Source: Dehalococcoidia bacterium (GTDB lineage Bacteria > Chloroflexota > Dehalococcoidia > Bin125). From it: a stretch of 64,000 bases of DNA. Location of the stretch: contig OZ241913.1 of assembly GCA_965203775.1 (NCBI GenBank), positions 1,081,390 through 1,145,389 on the forward strand. The letters run 5' to 3'. Numbering within the stretch: position 1 is the first letter of the stretch; each line of letters starts with the position of its first letter. The translations under genes were made by a program, and so were the position numbers. Of this stretch, positions 60,639 through 64,000 are shown piece after piece. The notes below the pieces were generated by a model that was not told the DNA's origin, searched no databases, and was given only the letters and a program-made list of their open reading frames with translations.

Positions 60639-62120
60639 ATGCGCGTGGCGGCAATGGCGCTGATTGGACTGTTCGGGCTGCTGGCCGCGCTGCCCGGCGC
60701 GGCGGGACCCGCGCAGGCCGACGGACCGCCCGATGCGGGCGAGCCATCTGTGGAGCGCTGGTCGGCCGATCCGCGCCTCTGGCTGGCCCTGATCGAGTGG
60801 CGCCAGCGCCTCACGCTCGAGCTGGCAAGCTCCCGCGAGATCTGCACCGCGGGCACGCTGACGGAGGTCTCCTGGCAGATCAGCGGCGGCAAGCCACCCT
60901 ACAAGCTGCAAGTCGAGGGAACCCCCGTCAACGCCGACGCCGACAACATCCGCATCAACTGCGGCGCGCTGAGCGAGGCGGAGGCGGCGGACGAGGAAGC
61001 GGCGCTGGCCGCCAAGCGGATCACGGCGGCGGTGACGGACTCGAGGGGCGTGCGCCGCGAAGCCACGATCAAGGTCGCAAGGGCACGGGCGCTGCCGGCG
61101 CCGACCAATGTCCGGTACTCGTCGAGCCACCGCACCGTACTGGCGCTTTGGGACGAAGTGGCGGGGGCTGGTTCTCAATCGCCCCACAGCATTCACCCAG
61201 TTACTCGCAGCGCGTTGCGCACGACTGCCATGGTGCGCACTCGCGCCAAGGGCGATGCTATGTGGCGCTACAAAGTCGTTGACCGCGAGGGCCATAACGA
61301 GCTTGGGCTGGATGCGCAGCCCGGTACGCACGAGTTTTCCGTCGCAGCTGTGAGGCACCCACTGGAGTTGGAGACGCCTGCGGCGTTGAATTGGAGCGAC
61401 GCGCTCGCATATACCGCGACAAAGCCCGCCCCGAACGTGACGCTCACCGCGACGCACGACACGGTAACCGTATCGTGGGACCGTCAACCGCTCGCCCGGC
61501 ATCCGGGCTGGAACGTAGAGCTGCTTGACGTTGAAGGAGGCGGCATGCGGAGCGACATCATGAGCCACCGGATGATCTCCGATCAAGGCAGCTCATCGGC
61601 TCGCCACACGGTGACTTTCACGCACCTGCCGCCCGATACCGCGTTCAACGTGCACGTCTACCTAAACCTCGCCGAGCACGAGCCCATCCCGTCGTGGATG
61701 GCGTCGCTCTCATCTGAACATCCGCGCACGGTTCGCACCAAACCGGCACCACCAGATTGGACCCCGTGGCCCGTCGGCGCGCAAAACCTACAAACCACTG
61801 CGACTGACGACAGCATCACCATCTCGTGGGACGCACCGTCAGATAGCGCTGCTGATCGCTGGTTCGTCGAGCTGTACGACTCTACATCCGGACGTCTGCT
61901 ATATGCGCGCTGGGCATACCTCAGCGAAAGCCCACTGACAATCAACCGCCTGCTTCCGACAACGACGTACCGCATCACCGTGGAGCATATCGATCTGCAA
62001 ACGACTACAACGACAGCGACTGTTACTACATCCGCTACTGCTGCGGCCGGCGCCGGCGCGCCCGACTTCAGTAGTGCGTGCTACTGCCCCGATCCGACGA
62101 AACTGTTTCACGGGCAGTGA
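60639..62120 (+). CDS. secreted protein with fibronectin-type-III-like repeats; lower local GC (about 60%)
   Basis: Signal peptide MRVAAMALIGLFGLLAALPGAAGPAQA. Repeated units of about 95 aa (...VSWD..., ...ISWDAP..., RITVEH). GGGAGG SD. Confidence 0.55.
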   Translation: MRVAAMALIGLFGLLAALPGAAGPAQADGPPDAGEPSVERWSADPRLWLALIEWRQRLTLELASSREICTAGTLTEVSWQISGGKPPYKLQVEGTPVNADADNIRINCGALSEAEAADEEAALAAKRITAAVTDSRGVRREATIKVARARALPAPTNVRYSSSHRTVLALWDEVAGAGSQSPHSIHPVTRSALRTTAMVRTRAKGDAMWRYKVVDREGHNELGLDAQPGTHEFSVAAVRHPLELETPAALNWSDALAYTATKPAPNVTLTATHDTVTVSWDRQPLARHPGWNVELLDVEGGGMRSDIMSHRMISDQGSSSARHTVTFTHLPPDTAFNVHVYLNLAEHEPIPSWMASLSSEHPRTVRTKPAPPDWTPWPVGAQNLQTTATDDSITISWDAPSDSAADRWFVELYDSTSGRLLYARWAYLSESPLTINRLLPTTTYRITVEHIDLQTTTTTATVTTSATAAAGAGAPDFSSACYCPDPTKLFHGQ

Positions 62121-62206
62121 CCAGCCGGTTGGCAAGATGGCTCCATTTGCCAACACTTGGCCGATCGGGGCGTAGGGCTTGAGCGTCGCTGCCGCGGTCC
62201 TCTCCG

Positions 62207-62767
62207 CTACCCAGTAGCGGCGGGGTACCCCTCCGACGCCTTGAGGGCTTCGATTTGGGCGGTGTGCATTTGGTCGTGGACGGACTGGAACAGCGGCCAG
62301 GCGCGGCAGGGCAGCGGGCCGAAGAAGGCGTGCTCAACCGTCACCTCATCGTTGGGCTGCGGCGGCATTCGCAGGCCGACGGAGAGCAGCTGCTCTGAGG
62401 CCGCGACCAGCCGCTCGCGCAACTCCGCCACGCCCGCCTCGCCGACCGCGATCTGCCCCGGCGGGCCCTTTGGCTCGGTGCGCCCGTGCGCCGTGGCCTC
62501 GATGATTGCGGCGATATTGGGCGTCGCGGTGATCAGATGGCGCAGCACCTCGGCGATCGACCATGTCTCTTCCTCGTCGCCCGCGGCGGCGTGCGGCGGC
62601 CGCCAGACCGCCTGCGCGTCACTCACGTCCAGCGTCGCGCCGATCAGCGCGGCGCGCGCGGCGGCGAGGCGCTGCCAGATTGCGGGCCAGGGCAGCGCGG
62701 CCGCGTCTTCGAGCAGCCGCGCGCGCTGCGCGGCGATTTGGTCTTGCTGCGGTGCTTGGTCGGTCAT
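62207..62767 (-). CDS. DinB_2 family protein
   Basis: WSIAEVLRHLITATP ... HDQMHTAQIEALK. ATGA overlap with the upstream LLM gene. Confidence 0.65.
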   Translation of the reverse strand: MTDQAPQQDQIAAQRARLLEDAAALPWPAIWQRLAAARAALIGATLDVSDAQAVWRPPHAAAGDEEETWSIAEVLRHLITATPNIAAIIEATAHGRTEPKGPPGQIAVGEAGVAELRERLVAASEQLLSVGLRMPPQPNDEVTVEHAFFGPLPCRAWPLFQSVHDQMHTAQIEALKASEGYPAATG

Positions 62768-63669
62768 GACTGGCGGAACTCCGTTGCGATCTCGTTGATG
62801 AAGCGGTCCATCTGCTCGGTGCGCTCGAAGGCGTTCGCGCCGAGCGTGAAATCGGGAATGATCAGCTCGTCGACGCCGACATCGATGTACTCCTGCACGG
62901 TGCGCAGCAGCTCGTCGCGCGAGCCGCCCAGCACGGGGCGCCCCGACGCGCGGGCGCCCGCGACGCGCTCCTCGTCGTCGCTGTAGAGCAGCAGCGTGCA
63001 GGCGGAGCGCTGGATTTCGGCCGGGTCGCGCGCGAGGTCGCGGCAGTGCGCGTCGAGCACGCCGTTCTTGTGCCGCAGCACCTCCGGCGTGCCCCAAACA
63101 TTCCACTCGGTCGCGTACTGCGCGGTAATTCGCAGCGTGCGCTTCTCGCCGCCGCCGCCGATCATCAGCGGCAGCGGAGTCTGAATCGGCTTCGGTTCGA
63201 GCGGCGCGTCGACAAGCTGGTAGTGCTCGCCCTCGAAGTTGCTCTTCTGGTAGCGAAACAGGTCGGTGACGATCCGGCAGGCCTCTTCGAGCTTGTCCAG
63301 CCGCTCGCGGATGGTGCCCAGCGGGATGCCGTAGGCGGTGTGCTCGCGCTCCTGCCAGCCCGCACCGAGCCCCAGGATGAAGCGCCCGCCGGAGACGACA
63401 TCGATCTGCGCCGCCATCTTGGCCACGACGGCCGGGTGGCGGTAGGTGTTGCCGCTGACCATGTGGCCCATGTGGATGCGCGGGACGCGCACGGCGAGGG
63501 CGCTGAGCACGACCCAGCTTTCGTGCTGCGTTTCGTCGTTCTGCTCCGCCACGGGCATGAAGTGGTCGGCGAACCAGAGCCGGTCCCAGCCGGTCTGCTC
63601 GGCGTGGCGGCTGACATGCAGCACCTCCGCCCAGGGATTGGCGGCGGAGGGCCAAAATCCGAATCGCAT
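62764..63669 (-). CDS. LLM-class flavin/F420-dependent oxidoreductase
   Basis: Luciferase-like TIM barrel (GHMVSGNTYRHPAVVAKMAAQIDVVSGGRFILGLGAGW). Confidence 0.75.
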   Translation of the reverse strand: MRFGFWPSAANPWAEVLHVSRHAEQTGWDRLWFADHFMPVAEQNDETQHESWVVLSALAVRVPRIHMGHMVSGNTYRHPAVVAKMAAQIDVVSGGRFILGLGAGWQEREHTAYGIPLGTIRERLDKLEEACRIVTDLFRYQKSNFEGEHYQLVDAPLEPKPIQTPLPLMIGGGGEKRTLRITAQYATEWNVWGTPEVLRHKNGVLDAHCRDLARDPAEIQRSACTLLLYSDDEERVAGARASGRPVLGGSRDELLRTVQEYIDVGVDELIIPDFTLGANAFERTEQMDRFINEIATEFRQS

Positions 63670-63781
63670 CAGTCGCTCCCTTCCGAGGCATCGCGCGGCG
63701 GCTTACAGGTTAACGATTGATTGTCATCGGATCGCAGCGGGGCGGGCGGCGATACCCTGAAGCCGCAGAGGGGAGACGCCG

Positions 63782-64000
63782 ATGCGCACCGTGCTGGTGG
63801 TGGAGGACGAGCGGCATCTGGCCGAGACGCTGCGCTACAACCTCGAAGGCGAGGGCTATCGCGTGCGCACCGCCGGCGACGGCGTCGAGGGACTCTCGCT
63901 GGCGCGCACGCTCCAGCCCGACCTGGTGCTGCTCGACCTGATGCTGCCCGCAATGGACGGCGTGGGCGTGCTGCGCGGCATCCGCGAAGAGTCGCAGGTG
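63782..64000 (+). CDS. OmpR/PhoB-type response regulator receiver domain (3' partial at window edge)
   Basis: VLVVEDERHLAETLRYNLEGEGYRVRTA ... DLVLLDLMLPAMDG receiver signature. Confidence 0.75.
   Translation, partial: MRTVLVVEDERHLAETLRYNLEGEGYRVRTAGDGVEGLSLARTLQPDLVLLDLMLPAMDGVGVLRGIREESQV

Overview
This is a 64 kb, roughly 71-72% GC chromosomal segment from a high-GC bacterium. The gene content (several DinB_2, VOC, LLM, crotonase and SDR paralogs, hopanoid hpnA/hpnG/hpnH homologues, a split transketolase) fits a Chloroflexota/Thermomicrobia-like or actinobacterial lineage, but that is inference only. I can support about 60 protein genes, one tRNA-Lys(UUU), one intact IS5-family insertion sequence with target-site duplication, and one frameshifted IS30-family transposase. 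At least 12 intergenic arrays carry two co-occurring REP-like repeat modules. Module A is GTCATTCCTGCGCAGGCAGGAAC with a perfect palindrome CCTGCGCAGG. Module B is CCCTTCCCCAATTCATCCCTCCCCCCTTCCAGGGGGGAGGTTAGGTGGGGGGTGG with a G6/C6 hairpin. These arrays inflate many six-frame ORFs. Most unusual: (1) three paralogous secreted RCC1-like double beta-propeller genes, each with a G15-G18 tract inside codons 5-9 behind a conserved leader, one copy with its start codon mutated. (2) An orphan beta-class DNA methyltransferase fused to an Mrr-like nuclease domain, split by a G14 tract. (3) A low-GC island encoding an SDH-family ClpP-fold serine protease translationally coupled to a small ORF and followed by a HigA-like (TIGR02684-type) antidote homologue with no RelE-like toxin. 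(4) A CbbQ-like AAA+ / metallophosphoesterase / 1100-aa vWA (CbbO/NorD-like) cluster with no Rubisco or NOR genes. (5) A 1.5 kb gene-free region holding a phased array of six GTTGACA repeats and a strongly strand-biased CA-rich tract.
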